A program made the translations under genes and the position numbers. 64,000 nucleotides of DNA from Eledone cirrhosa (lineage: Eukaryota), in contig OZ024742.1 of NCBI GenBank assembly GCA_964016885.1, positions 39,184,001 to 39,248,000 of the forward strand, in the 5' to 3' direction. Below, in pieces: positions 14,427 to 28,895 of the stretch. The notes beneath the pieces are model-generated. The model was not told the origin of the DNA and made no database searches. It saw nothing but the letters and a program-made list of their open reading frames with translations. Position 1 is the first letter of the stretch. Each line of letters opens with the position of its first letter.

Positions 14427-14548
14427 TCTACATATATATATATAAATATACTTACACACACACTCTTACACACACACACACGAGTATATATATATATATA
14501 TATATATATAATATCAATAAATGGAAACTATCTTTATAAAACCATATT

Positions 14549-14609
14549 TATTTTACTATATATATTTCAAGGCTACCAAAATGTTGGTACGCCCTCATCA
14601 GATAAAATA
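14549..14609 (-). ncRNA. Type I minimal hammerhead ribozyme (Penelope pseudo-LTR type)
   Basis: Minus strand: TATTTTAT-CTGATGA-GGGCGTACCAACATTTTGGTAGCCTT-GAAA-TATATA-TA-GTAAAATA. Intact core, stems I and II, palindromic stem III, AUA site, overlapping AATAAA. Confidence 0.8.
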
Positions 14610-15894
14610 CAAAAGTTGTTTTACAGAGAGTGACATATTAAAAAACTAGAACTTAGTGTTTTGAGTTCTATTTGAATAGCGAAGAAGAACGTCTAAACAC
14701 ACGATAAATATGCTAATGAGGATAACGTTAAAACTGAAAAAGATCGTTAAGTTTAGACGCTAGGTAAATTTAAATAATTATTAGGTTCATTTTTTTATCA
14801 GGAAAAGGAAAGATTTAAGGAAAGATTTTAAGAAAAAATATATTAAAGTTAATTATATAAGTATATTCATATAAATAGTCTGTTATTGTCTGGAACATAT
14901 TTGTGAGGGTTTAGAGAGAATGAAATAATTATATTTATTTTTATTTATTTTATTATTTAATTATATATTTTGGAAGTATTTATAATATAGTGTGTGAATT
15001 ATAAATACATGTGTTAAAGTGAGAGAATATTAATTTAAAATGTGAGAGATATATTGTATTCATATATACGATTGGGTGTATTCAATTGGTGTTATGAAGA
15101 TAGTATTTATAAGTATATTTTATGAAGATTACGGTTGTAATTATATTTTATTTTATTACAACAGGTTAGTTAAATATATATAAATAGTTTTAGTGAGTAT
15201 ATATGTTATTTATTTAATAGATAAATAATTTATATATTTTTATATATGAACAGTTACGATATTTTGTGTGAATATATGTTTACATTTTCTATATATGTTT
15301 TAAGAAAATGGAAGTAGTATACTATTTTGTATATTCAATATTTGTATCAAGATAGGAATAAATTAATGAAATTTTAATATTTATGTAGTTTACCTGTTAC
15401 TTAGATAATATGTGTAGACATTTTTCATTTCAAAGGAAAAGATAACTTTAATATTTCTTAGATTAAAGAGTTAAGTTATATTTAACATTTATTCAAGTAT
15501 TTTCTTTCAAATAACATTCTAATTTTAGTATATGGAAAAATTATTTTATATATGATTTTAGAATATTACATATTTTCTAAAATAAAATTTTTGTATGTAT
15601 TTTGATAACTTTACTTATACCTATGGATAAATTTAATGATATTAAGTATTTGTATGTATGGATTTACAATACCTATAGAGTCTATTAGAAAGCAATTCAA
15701 CAAACATCCAAAATATATAAAAAAATATCATTAAAAACATCACAAAAATATATTCAAAAATATCATTAAAACATCACAAAAAAAAAACCTCAACAAAGCA
15801 AGGCGATGACATATATAATGTAAATAGGTGAGATATAGAGGCTATAATAATATTTTTTTTATAGATTATAGATACTTCTAAAAGTCTTAGACTG

Positions 15895-16165
15895 ACAATG
15901 CAAACAAGAATTAAATAAAAATTAAATAATTCTTTCTTTTTGTTTATAGCGTTTTTTTTTATTGGTAATTATGTGAAAGATTTCTTCAATACATAAATGA
16001 CAAATTCTTGAGAGACCCATATTCTGGTATTGCGGGCGTTTTGGAAACCGTTCTCCAGGAGATTGAATAGTATATTATTGTCTTTTAAGTACCAAATTAG
16101 ATGTGAAAGTGATGTTGAGAATTTTTTGTCCGATCTATTAAATGTGATTATGCTAGAAACGTCGT
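15895..16165 (-). pseudogene. Penelope-like element C-terminal (GIY-YIG endonuclease region) fragment
   Basis: Reads STSLSHLIWYLKDNN, then after a frameshift SRICHLCIEEIFHII..NAINKKKELF. This resembles the PLE pattern T.LS..IW.LK...C.LC..E...LNKRSEL. It lies upstream of the 14549-14609 hammerhead on the same strand. Confidence 0.7.
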
Positions 16166-16281
16166 CCCCCATCCAACACTCTCAAGCGTGAACCTAATAC
16201 CAACACTGTTCATATTGCACTCCTTGTTTTTGTTTTGATCTTTGCCAATATATATATATGTATATCAACTAGAAATCGATT

Positions 16282-16334
<53 letters not shown>

Positions 16335-16472
16335 AAAAAGGGATGAAATCGAAAATGCAACTGAAGTCTTATTTTTTTAAAAAATATATATATTTATTTG
16401 GTTCCTTTACCGGTTTCGCAGTTCTTCTGCTTTTCAAAAGGTGAGTTGAGATGGAGGGTCTGTGGTTTTTCT

Positions 16473-16655
<183 letters not shown>

Positions 16656-17133
16656 ATATGAAACAACGATGTGTGTATTTAAAAAAAAAATGCATCACGT
16701 GCTTCTAGTCATTCACAGATATGCATTTGCTGTGTAAACACAGATAGTTAAATCTTCTCCTTTGCTAACGATCCGGGATTTGACTGCTGTGATTTACCGT
16801 TGATGGTGAAATAATTTTCATTATTTAATTAAATTTATATAAAGGAGATTAACCATTTTAAAAAGGTATCTATATTTGAAGTACTCGTTAAACTTTAATT
16901 AGTTACCTACCTAGCTGTGTGTGCTTACACTCTATACAAATTATCCCCTGTGGTTGTTTCATGTTTATTTTAGATATATATATATACAGTATATGTCAAT
17001 CGATTTCTAGTTGATATAAATGCTCGGATCAACTCATTGGAATCTTTGAGCATATTCTACAGAGGTTATGGCGCATATTTCTCAGACATGACACCCTTAA
17101 TTTAATTTTGGTTATATATATATATATATATAT

Positions 17134-17708
17134 ATAGTGAAAGAGTGAAGAATAACATGGTCAACAGTACAAACATTGTTTAATTGATTAGGATGTCTAA
17201 AGATTGCTAATCCCTTGAAGTTGTGTCACTCAATCTTAAATACAATGTATGCCTAATCAAATCATCGGAATAACTTTTATTTTTATTTTAAATTTTTATT
17301 TTTATTTCTTTATTATTGATGTTGTTATTTGAATTCTCCGTAATATAAATACAAATATCGAGTGTAATTTTGTCAGTTATTCCGATGATTTAATTAGGCA
17401 TACATTGTATTTAAGATTGAGTGACACGACTTCAAGTGATTAGCAATCTTTAGACATCCTAATCAATGAAACAATTGTTAATACTGTAAATAAAACCCTT
17501 TTTGTACTGTTGACCATGTTATTCTTCACTCTTTCACTATTATTACTCCAAGATTAACCTGCATAGGAATTCCCGGGAACTCGCCACCTAACTAAGGAAA
17601 CCTCTTGTTGAGTCAAATTAAATATTTTTTTTACTTACGTTAAAACTATCCACAATACAGAGTACTCACAACCTCTAACTGGATTACCTATAACGATAAT
17701 TCGTTATC

Positions 17709-17712
<4 letters not shown>
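17134..17712. mobile_element. Inverted pseudo-LTR pair (17134-17275 vs 17375-17540, plus tail) between (TA)n tracts
   Basis: Arms are reverse complements. The right arm contains a hammerhead-like motif and AATAAA at 17489. Confidence 0.75.
17374..17486 (+). ncRNA. Hammerhead-like motif with U4C core variant and long stem II
   Basis: CAGTTATT-CCGATGA-(TTAATTAGG...CCTAATCAA)-GAAA-CAATTG-TT-AATACTG. Confidence 0.6.
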
Positions 17713-17754
<42 letters not shown>

Positions 17755-18633
17755 GACATTTACAATATTAATTTCCTAAAAAAAAAACGTACATGGAATC
17801 CCACTTGTATGCTGTTTTATGCCCATACAATTTATGTTATTTTATTTGTTTTTAAATGAAACGAGTTGTTAATAGATTTAAAAATTGATAGAGAGAAACA
17901 AACACGAATGTAATGATTCCTTACATTTTTATCTTCGTTTACATAAACCTCATTGTTTTGTCTTTTTATACTAATTTAGATTTAGAATTCTTTCTTAGTG
18001 AGAGTATCACTCACACTTAATCCTATGATGTTTATATTTGGATATAAATATATTTTTAATTCCTCGTTATAAGTTGTCTATTTTTGTTTACTAAATTTTT
18101 TTCAACACGCTGACGTGTATGTGTATATGTATGTGCGTTTGTGTGTGTGTGTGTGTATATGTGTGTGCGTGTGTGTATGTGTATATGTGTGCGCGTGTGT
18201 GTATGAGTATATAAATATAAACACGCAAACACCGACACACTTACAAAAATACATACTCACAGACATACATTCACACAAATACACATACATTCACAGAAAC
18301 ACACACACATACACATGCACACACAGACACACACACACACACACATATACAGCGTAGCAAATGGAACGCCAGCCGCTGTTTTAGCTATAGATTTTTCCCC
18401 ATCCCCTTCCTTCCTTTTACACACACATACATTCACACCAACACACACACCAACACACACACACACACACACACACACACTGAGGGGCGGAAGTGGCTCA
18501 AATTTATAGATTCATTTATTTGCGAAAGGACACTACTTTGTGGTTCTGGTGTTCAGCTGATGATGGCAGGGTCGTTAAGTACTAGGGTCAATTTAATCGG
18601 CTTTCTCCTTCTTCCAAATCGATGTCCTTGTGA

Positions 18634-19048
18634 CTGGCAGAATCGGTAGAGCGTCGGGCATCCTGATTCGCAGTATAGAGTTACGTCTCTTTACATCCTG
18701 AGTTCAAATACCGCCGAGATTCACTTTGCCTTTCATCCTTACGGGGTCAATAAAATAAAGTACCAGTAATACACTGGGATAATTGCTGGCCTTGTGCCAA
18801 AAGTAGAAGCAATTATTGGTGATATGAGTTAGGTGGATTGGCAGTATCGGTAGAGAGTCGGGCACCATACTTTGAAGCATAGAGTTACAGTCCTTTACGG
18901 TCTGAGTTCAAATCCCACCGAGGTTAACTTTGCCTTTCATCTTGACGGGGTCGATAAAATAAAGTACCAGTAATGTACTGAGTCGATTTAATCGACTTAT
19001 CCCTCGCTCCAAATTACTGGTCTTGTGCCTATATAAGAAATCATTATT
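18634..19048 (+). mobile_element. Two adjacent tRNA-derived SINEs (Nin/Deu-like core; family A)
   Basis: A box TGGCAGTATCGG, B box GAGTTCAAATCC, core GCCTTTCATCCTTACGGGGTCGATAAAATAAAGTACCAG. Confidence 0.8.
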
Positions 19049-19259
19049 GGTGATATAAGTTAGGTGACATAGCACCAACTAGGTTCCAACGATGACAATC
19101 TCTAATCACTCCTGCTTCATTGACTTTCCCTGATAAATGCATATGTATGTCTCGAAACACACTCGTCGGTAACGCATCATTGAATGTTTCTTATTCCTAT
19201 GATATGTCTATAATGCTAATCAGTTCACCATCCCTCTCCAAGTTACAATTGCTTCAGAT

Positions 19260-19500
19260 CTACAGAACACACGGCCGCTTCCTCTTCGCACTGGTCACCA
19301 TCGAGACCTCAGGCATACTTGGACCCCGTACTGCCGAGCTCCTCCGCAAGATCGGAGCGTCGGTGGCCCGTCTGAGGAGGGAGCCCCGCGATGTTGAGTG
19401 GCTGTTGCAGCGGGTGTCACTGGCCATCGTCCGGTGGAATGCTTTTGGCGTCTTGTCAGCGGGGTGCAGCCTTCTGCCCTCTTGCCCTAGGCCCTAGGCC
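19260..19500 (+). mobile_element. 3' fragment of a CRE-like (RLE-type) non-LTR retrotransposon
   Basis: FALVTIETSGILGPRTAELLRKIG...EWLLQRVSLAIVRWNA resembles the CRE C-terminal ET.G..G / QR.S.AI.RGNA motif. Confidence 0.7.
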
Positions 19501-19679
19501 CAATCCTCCTCCCCTTTCGCCCCCCCATCTCTTCTGCAACACCAGAGCTCTTGCCATCTCCTCCCTTTCCCGATCTTTTTCTTCTTTTTTCTCTCCTCTT
19601 TTTTCTATATTTTTTTTTCTATATTTCCCTATCCTTTCTTTCCTTTTATTTCCCCTCCTTTTTTATTATTTCTATATAG

Positions 19680-19886
19680 GGCGGTGGATTGACAGTATCG
19701 GTAGAGAGACGGGCACCATGCTTTGCCGCATAGAGTTACGGTCGTTTACGGTCGCCGAGGTTAACTTTGCCTTTCATCCTTACGGGGTCGATAAAATAAA
19801 GTACCAGTAATGTACTGGGGTCGAGTTAATCGACTTTCCCATGCCCCCAAATTACTGGCCTTGTCTCTATACTAGAAATAATTATT
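19680..19886 (+). mobile_element. SINE family A copy
   Basis: Same head and core as 18832-19048, with an internal deletion. Confidence 0.8.
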
Positions 19887-20329
19887 TCTATATAGAAAAT
19901 TCCCCAAATTATGCTGTGATAACTACACATTTCTAGCTTATAAATTATACAAACATCATACAGCTTGCTGCCATTAGTTCTACAGCCACTACGTTCCCCA
20001 TTGTTGAGAAATAGGTGAGGACCGACCAATGAGATTTAAGTGTCTAGAGAAGGTGTAACACCCACACAAATAGCAGCAGTAACAGGATACGAACAATTTA
20101 CCTTTTTGAAGTAAGAGCATAACATTTCTCCCACTCGTTTAGTTGCATCTCTATAATTGCTACAGAGAGATGCACTTAACCACAATCATTATATTAAAAA
20201 AATACAATACAAAAAAAACCCCTTAAAAATCGCAGACAAGTAAAAATGAAGAAGCCACAAAACATTCATGTTACATCTTGCTATATTCTTTGTTACTAAC
20301 GAAGTTCATACGTGCACACTTACATTCCC

Positions 20330-20895
20330 TGACACTACCACTACTCCTCTTCCCACCACAATACCAACACCGCCACCCACACTACCACCACCAAAACAAC
20401 CACAACCACAAGCATCAGCGTCAGCACCAGCATCAGCACCAGTGTCACCGCCGCTAACGCCAGTACCACCACCACCACCACCGCCGACCGGCTGCACCGC
20501 CATCACCGGCGACCACCACCACCACCATCACCACCACTTCCACCACCTCCACCAACACCACCGACACCACCACTACCACCACCACTACCACCATCACCAC
20601 CACCTCCACCACCTCCACCAACACCACTCCCATCTCTGCGATGACGACAACGACGCGACACGATCACTATGACCACGACGATAACGACGACAATGACCAG
20701 TACCACAACCACCGCCACCCCCTATTACCAGCACCACCACCAGCACCAGCACCACCAGCACCAGCACCACCACCACAACCGCCGCCGCCGTCACCACTAG
20801 CAATCCCCACCACCATCTCTACGACGACGACGACCACCACCCCCACCACCGCCGACACTCCCACCCCCACCACCGCCACCACCAGTACCATCAAT
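20330..20895. repeat. Degenerate (CCA)n-type trinucleotide low-complexity tract
   Basis: CCA/CAC/CGA triplets giving Pro/His/Thr-run ORFs. Confidence 0.9.
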
Positions 20896-21394
20896 TACCC
20901 GCACAGAGGCAAATATAGAAAAATATGCATGAAGAAGACGCATATTATAATGTGGAAAAGATACGTGAAATAAGTTTTTTGCCTCACTTTCGTAGATGTA
21001 AATGTGATAAGGATTGTGCTTCGTCTGTTTTCATGTAGTTTTGTATGTCTGGCTAACAGAAGAACATCTGCAGTCATTACTTAGATGAGATGAGATGTTG
21101 CGATTTTAGCTGCTGAGAAGCGTATGGAAGTTGATAAGCAGTGACATCTAGTGTCATATGAATAAATCATAAAGTAAAAACAAACAAACAAAAAACAAAA
21201 AACAACAAAAAGCAGAGAAACGTAAACACACATACATACACTCATATATGTATATATATATGAATATACTCTGTGTGTATATATATATATATATTCATAC
21301 ATATATATGTATCCATACACACACACATATATGTGTATTTATGCATGCATGCACATATATCATACATATATATGGATATATACATACATATATA

Positions 21395-21507
<113 letters not shown>

Positions 21508-21637
21508 TGTATATATATATTAGATTAGATTAAGATAGCAATATGGGTTTGCGATATTTCATAATGAGCGTTTTCGTAATTTTGTAATCGTGAGCAGATA
21601 CACATGCATATATATATATATATAAATACACACACAC

Positions 21638-21673
<36 letters not shown>

Positions 21674-22057
21674 ACATATATTGGATTTGGATTTATTCAC
21701 ATGTATTCACATGCATGCTGATATGATTTGAGATAGAAGAACGAAATAAAATGCAGAGGCGGACGTTTCATTACATGGTATTGGGGAAGCATTTCATTAT
21801 ACCCGCTGAAGAAGCAGGAAGAGTATGTAGGCAGCGAAAAATTTGGCATCTATTAATGATATATTTCATAATTAGATATGAAGTCGGAGATTTTAGGAGA
21901 TAATACTGTTGCTTTTGTTTGTTGTTGTTACTGCAGGTGAGCACCGGCTGAGCTGATCTAGGATTAAGATGTTACTGCGGTGACCACCCCATCTCAGTAA
22001 TCTCTCAAGCAATGCACTTGTTTTCAATGTCTTTCTGTCCACCATTTTAAACTATGA

Positions 22058-22190
22058 TAATTGTTTCTACTTTAGGCACAAGGCCAGCAATTACCCAGTG
22101 CATTACTGGTACTTTATTTTATCGACCCCGTAAGGATGAAAGGCAAAGTTAACCTCGGCGGGATTTGAACTCAGAATGGCAAGGGCCATG
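22058..22190 (-). mobile_element. SINE family A copy
   Basis: Reverse complement of the core (ctggtactttattttatcgaccccgtaaggatgaaaggc). Confidence 0.8.
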
Positions 22191-22744
22191 ATAATTACAG
22201 ATCATCTGACGGTTTCGACATTAAAAATTCCTTGTTTGGTCAACTGAATGTCTAGCTCGTAGATTAACGTGTAGGTAGTGTAGCTAAAAAAAGTTAATGT
22301 CTGTCCCAAGCCTGGAGGCCCATCATGCCGATACTTATCTCGGTATACATTGGTGTTAGGCAACTGAGAATACAAGTCTCCTCACTGAACACGACCCCAG
22401 TTTATCGCAGGGTTACCTCCTAGAAACTGCCGGCACTCATTTTCAGATGAATGTTCTAGAACAACGTGAAATGTAGTGTTTTGATCAAGACCACAACGCG
22501 TAACCCAGTCCAGGAATCGAACCCACGCCATTATGATCGTAAGTCCAAAACTCTAACCCCCAGGCCACGCAATTCCTCTGCATGTAGTGTACCATTCCTG
22601 TAATTCAAAATGCGAACCAGCGTGACAGAATATGTCACAAAGCTGTACTTTTGAATTACAGGTATAATCAATCCGATAGGCTTTCCCGCAGTTTCCGTCC
22701 ACCCAATTTCACTTACAAAGCCTGGATCGACTCGATCTTATAGT

Positions 22745-23040
22745 AAAGACGCTTGCCGCGTCCAGGCTCCTTCTCAATATGTAGTTGAGAGCGGCGTGCC
22801 GGGGGAACCGGCCTGTGCTCTGGCGGCAAAACAGTGGGTGCAGGCCGAACTTGTTGATGACCGACTCGCAACGGCATTTATGTGGCTCAGACATGGAGAC
22901 CAAGGCGTTGGGCCACTTCGATGTGAGTGCACTCGTCATCAAGAAGGGTACAGGTTGTTGAAGAGGGCACCGAATTGAGATTGAGCCACGCGCCGTTGTT
23001 TGGCTGTGAAGCGGAGCGGAGGCAGGAGAGGCGGTGTTGG
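22745..23040 (-). mobile_element. CRE-like LINE fragment (Cys/His zinc-finger region)
   Basis: EPHKCRCESVINKFGLHPLFCRQSTGRFPRHAALNYILRRSL resembles the CRE motif PH.C.CG...GLH.L.C....GR..RH...N. Confidence 0.7.
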
Positions 23041-23179
23041 TCCAAGACAGACTCGAAAATGTTCTGACATAAAATTATGATGGAGGGTTTTTAGATGAAT
23101 ATAAACACATTGTAGAACCATGAGCGGTTTCAGGTGGTTTGGAATCAAACGAGTTAAATAAGTACAGAAGACATTGGAT

Positions 23180-23255
23180 AATGTAGATCCAGACACCCAT
23201 AAAAAATGTAGATCCAGACACCCGTAAAAAATGTAGATCCAGACACCCGTAAAAA
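23180..23255. repeat. Three tandem ~24-bp repeats (aaaaatgtagatccagacacccgt)
   Basis: Directly visible. Confidence 0.85.
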
Positions 23256-23309
23256 AGGTGGTTACTGATCATAAATTTCCTCCATGATTTTTGGCTAAAA
23301 GACAATGAT

Positions 23310-23520
23310 TTGTAATTTAAGCATAAGGCCAGCAATTTTGGAGGAAAAGAAAGTCAATTAATTCTACCCGAGTACAGAACTGGTACTTTATTTTATCGAC
23401 CCAGGAAGGATAAAAGGTTGACCACGACGGGGTTTGAACTGAGGACGTAAAGTACCGTCACTAAATACTGCAAAGCATTTTTTTCGATGCTGTAACGATT
23501 CTGTCCATCTCCTGCCCTTC
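23310..23520 (-). mobile_element. Diverged SINE family A copy
   Basis: aaggccagcaatt...ctggtactttattttatcgacc. Confidence 0.7.
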
Positions 23521-24788
23521 TTGGACTAAAAACAACAATTTCAACGTATCCCTGTGTCAAATTATGAATTCATTATTGCATATTAAGATTTGAACCTGCT
23601 TTCCTGTCTGTTATAGCTATTTAATTTGTTCCCACTCCTTACTCAGGAGAAATATCATAGTTTGTGTAACTGGAGACCTTTCCGTTAATTTAGGCTAATT
23701 TTTTCAATGACGATTTATTTTTCTTAAGTAAACAGTATAAAATATTTTAAAATAAATATTGCAACTTAAAACTAAATATATTTGTTTATTTAACTAATTG
23801 AATCTTGTTTTATATTTTTTTTTGTATTGGTGTCGTTTTTTTAGTTGCTCTGCTGCATATTATATCTTAAAATTAATAGCTTTGGTTGACAAAATCAGTG
23901 GAGCACGGACACAACATCTTGTAAAATTTAATTTTATCACTTTACATTTTGGGTTCAAATCTCGTTGGTTTGATCAAGTAAGTATTCCAGTCATGTCATT
24001 CATGACTACATATGGGCCAGTCCTTAGACAATACCAGTAGCAAAATAGTCTTTCAAATAAGAAAACTTCATTCTATTTTTATTTTGTGAATAATAACATC
24101 GTCGATTACAGACTTCCAAACGGGCCAATCTCTGGTTCACTGCATTTCTGATGATGTGAGTAACAATGGATTCTCTGTGCAATTCAAGCGGAAAAATACT
24201 ACACAGGATACTTTATACAATGAGCACCGGTGAAATACACACCGCTCCCCCGTATACATACATACATACATAGATACATACATACATAGATACATACATA
24301 CATGGGGTATGTTAGTAACTGCCTCAATACAAATCTTGAGAAGCTGGGCTTCACAGGAACAGAAAGAACACAACTAGTTAGGAAATTACAAGTACAATCC
24401 ATTAATGGAACAGTAAAAATATGTAAAACATTCCAAAAACTTTGCATCTAATAACTGCATATACACATGTACAGATACAAAGCATATACACATGCACACA
24501 TACAACTCAAAACATACACATCCACACATACAATAACATCCATACCTACACACGCATGCAGGCAGGCATGCATACATATCTAGCTAGTTGATGTTGTGTA
24601 AATTCCAATGAGAGAGTCGTGTGTCTATGTTAGAAACCGACTCTCTCTCTATTGGGAAAAAATTTGTGAAATTATAAAACCAGAAGAACATACATACATA
24701 CATACATACAAACATATACATACAAACATATATAAGGGTGAAAGCAGCGATTCTTTGCTTAAACTTTAATCTGTTATTTTAATAAATA

Positions 24789-24876
<88 letters not shown>

Positions 24877-25534
24877 TGCTAATAATGATGAACTTCTACA
24901 AAGTTTTCGTCTATTGAAACCTACTCCGAATAGATAAACAGTAAAGCTACCTTTCAGTGAAAGGTGGTATAGAAACCTTAAGGGCTAAAATTAAGTACTG
25001 CAAAGTTTTTTAGCCTGGTATTCTACTATCTGGAATTGCGACCGGCAGATAGTATCAGTAGTGAAAAAATCAATGTAAATACCGTTTCGTTGGTCCATTT
25101 TAACGATCGGCTCAATTTCCTTTTCCCCCTCTACTATTACAGCTAACCCAACAGCTTACCTGATTATTGTCGTTTTGTTTCGTTGTGTGTACCCCACACC
25201 CTTTTCCGTGCTGCTTAAAACCAGCTAAAATGTTCTTCTCTGGGCGTCACATTCTCTGTGTTTCTTTGTGTGTGTCTTTTAGTTATGTATAGGAGCTACA
25301 GAAGTTGTCGAATGGTCACATCAAGGATCGGTGAACAACTCAACAAATGTGTAAGTATAAGTGTCTGTGCACATGTGTGTATGTGTGTGTAAGTGTGTGT
25401 AGTTAGGGTCACATACATGAGTGTCTCCGTGAAAAATATACACATACACAAGGTCCGAACACAAAAGAACCAAACTCCCACTATCACTGCCTCCGTCTCT
25501 CCTGCTCTCCCCCATCTCTCACTATTATGAACAA

Positions 25535-25642
25535 ATAGGGGCCCACGCGCTGGCCGCCCCACGGCTCCACTGGACAGAATAGAGAAGGCGTTTCCCCGGA
25601 ATATTGTGAGGGAGATGCACTGGAAGAGCCATTCCAGCATAG
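25535..25642 (-). mobile_element. Short 3' fragment of CRE-like LINE
   Basis: LEWLFQCISLTIFRGNAFSILSSG. A related stub lies at ~38530-38580(-). Confidence 0.6.
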
Positions 25643-26084
25643 TATAACTTAAATGTTGTACATCTATTTCTACATATTCATACATTTCGGATTGAGGACT
25701 AAAATAAAATACTGCAAACATATTCAGCTTAGTATTCCCCCATTTAAAATTACTATCAGTAGATAGTTTCAACAATGGAAAGACAAATGGAAATATTTTT
25801 TGGTCCGATCTGACTATCGGCTCCAGAACTGTTATTTTTTCCTGTTACTACCAACGTATCAGTTACTCTGCTGCCCATAATAGTACACTTTATATTGATA
25901 AATTTCTCATAGCAATTGTCCAACAAAATTCTATTATGTTTATGATTCAGTTAATCCGAAAGACAAACTTTGGAGATCACTAATTCTAACAGACACATGT
26001 ATTCATGACTACATTATTTAAATTTACTATCATAATATATAACTTCATTAATTTTGCTTATTTGGCAGTTATATACCCCCCCTC

Positions 26085-26143
26085 ACTCTCTCACACACAC
26101 ACACATACACACACACACGCACACACACACACACACACACACA

Positions 26144-26182
<39 letters not shown>

Positions 26183-26812
26183 CCAAACATCAATACCTGC
26201 ATACATGCCTGCATGCATACATACATAGATACACGCATACATACACACACACATGCATACATACACAAACGCATACATGCATGCATACATACACATACAT
26301 ACATACAAACACACACATACATGCATGCATACACACATACAAACATACATACACATATGCATAGTTCATACATACACGCATGTATACTTACATACATACA
26401 TACATACATACATGTATACTTACATACACATATACATACACATATACATACATACACGCATGCATACAAAGATACATACACGCATGTATACATACATACA
26501 TATATACATGCATATATACATACATACATCATTACACACAAGCATACATACATACATACATACATACATGCATACATACATACATACATACATACATACA
26601 TACATACATACACACATTCATACATACATACATACATATATATATGCATGCATACATACATACATACATACATATATACATACATACATATATACACATT
26701 TTTGTTGTGAGCTTTACCTCTTACTTTATATCGAATATACATTTCAGCATTGATGTGGAAACATTTATCAGACGTGCCATGACAACAAATGAGAAAGAGG
26801 GAGGGGGGGGGG

Positions 26813-26844
<32 letters not shown>

Positions 26845-26900
26845 TATAAAGATATATATATATATCTTTGTGTATACATATATATATATATCCTCCCCCC

Positions 26901-26982
<82 letters not shown>

Positions 26983-27000
26983 TAAGAGAGCGAGAGAGGG
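26085..27000. repeat. Compound (CA)n/(TC)n/(TACA)n/(TA)n microsatellite field
   Basis: Directly visible. Confidence 0.95.
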
Positions 27001-27310
27001 GGGAGGAATAGATATGAAGATATAGATAGTGAGAAACCAAGAACAATATCAAAACGCTCAATGGATTTCCGTTGGTTTCGACGATGAGCATTCCAGTTGT
27101 TCGATCAACGGAACAGTTTGTTCATGAAATTACGTGCAAGTGATTAAGCGTTGCACAGACACGTGTACCCTTAATGTAATTCTCAGGGAGATTCAGCGTA
27201 ACACAACGCCTAATCCTTGCGAAGCCAACTTCTTAACCTTTCGGGTGTACTGCAGACCTACAGAAGACACTCGTTCACACCTACCATGTTATAAATCACT
27301 CGACCAATCT

Positions 27311-27655
27311 CTGACCTGCCAACCTCTAAAAACCCAAACCATGAAAAAAAGTGCCACAAAACAGGGTGAAATGAGGCAAAAAAGTGGAGATTTTACGGAA
27401 TTGTTTCTACTTTTGGCACAAGGCCAGCAATTACCCAGTGCATTACTGGTACTTTATTTTATCGACCCCGTAAGGATGAAAGGCAAAGATAACCTCGGCG
27501 GAATTTGAACTCAGAATGGAAAGGACTGTAACTCTATGTGTCAAAGCATGGCGTCCGACTCTCTACCGATACTGCCAATCCACCATGAAAGCTATACCTA
27601 TTTTCACAAGAGAAGACATCTCACCCACCCAAAGTGGGTAGGAGATCTCCCCGTC
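27311..27655 (+). mobile_element. MITE (family of 44572-44766) interrupted by a minus-strand SINE A (~27398-27584)
   Basis: The flanks gacctgccaacct...ggagattttac and atgaaagcta...ggagatctcccc join to match the reverse complement of 44590-44765. Confidence 0.7.
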
Positions 27656-27939
27656 ACAAATTCACTGTCATTTCTAGTCTTTATGATCCTATTTCTTTTT
27701 TCACATTGTTGTTTATATTTTTCTTTTGTGAACGCAACAAGGCCAGAAGAGTTAAGAGGTCCAATGGGAATCATAAGGTCCGGGGTTGGATTCTACTTTG
27801 CAGAATCTTGGGTATGTGTCATTTGACCCATGCTTTGTAAATGTATGTGTGTGTGTGTGTGACAGCTCACACCTATGCAGGTTTAGCTGGCCTTCTCCAA
27901 GGTAAATCTCGTTGGAGGTGTCTTGGGTAATTTAATGAT

Positions 27940-28095
27940 AGGGACTCCAGTCCTATCATCTCATTTCTACAGCTGAGTAAACTGGAGCAACGTGAAATAA
28001 AGTGTCTTGCTCAAGGAAACAACACATCATCCGGTCCGAGAATTGAACTCACAACCTTTCGATTGCAAGCCCAATGCGCTAAGCCATGCGCCTTC
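27940..28095 (-). mobile_element. tRNA-derived SINE family B
   Basis: Reverse complement of gagttcaattctcggaccgg...ccttgagcaagacactttatttcacgttgctccagtttactcagctg. Near-identical copy at 52150-52306. Confidence 0.75.
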
Positions 28096-28703
28096 AAATG
28101 CTTTGTAAATGAAATTACGTAAATGGAAACTGTTTGGAGGATTGCCGGATGGACTGTACCTATAACTCAAAGGGGAAGCATTGTTGCACACACACAGACA
28201 CGCGCGCTCACACACAGTCTCACATTTAGTTTCCTTGAGAACTACGTTAATAAGAAACCTGTCTATGGAATACTCAGCCACTTACACGTTAATTTCATGA
28301 GCTGGCTGTTCATATTGATCGAACAACTGGAACACTCTTCGTCGAAACCGACGGAAGTTCGTTCCTGTTGGCGGTGCAAATTTTATTTACATTTGACATC
28401 GTTTAAAATGATCCATACAATACATACTGTTTAACGTTGTCGACAACTCTTGTATATAAATACAATACAAGGGAAGTTATTCATCGTTGTGTTGTACGTG
28501 GCGAGTTCTTTTATTTCAAAGATAGAAATATATTATTATTAGTCTTTTACTTCATACTTTAGTGGTTGAAGTGACGCCCGAACGACTATCCTCCCCCACC
28601 AACTAACTTGCCCTCCACCTCTGAGTCTGTATATATGTTCTATATATTTAAACTATTAAATATTGAGTACTTAAGTAAAAAGTAATTTCAATATATATGT
28701 ATA

Positions 28704-28795
<92 letters not shown>

Positions 28796-28845
28796 TATAT
28801 ATATATAAATATATATATATATGTATGTATGTTTATATACATATT

Positions 28846-28895
<50 letters not shown>

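Noticed and set aside
20268-20973. Pro/His-rich protein ORFs
   Set aside because: Degenerate CCA triplet tract open in several frames on both strands, with no exon evidence.
21800-21850. Hammerhead-like CTGAAGA...GAAAAATTT (also weak candidates near 24885-24975, 29222-29280, 33684-33760 and 39320-39346)
   Set aside because: Core, cleavage triplet or stems are defective; by eye they cannot be told from chance in AT-rich DNA.
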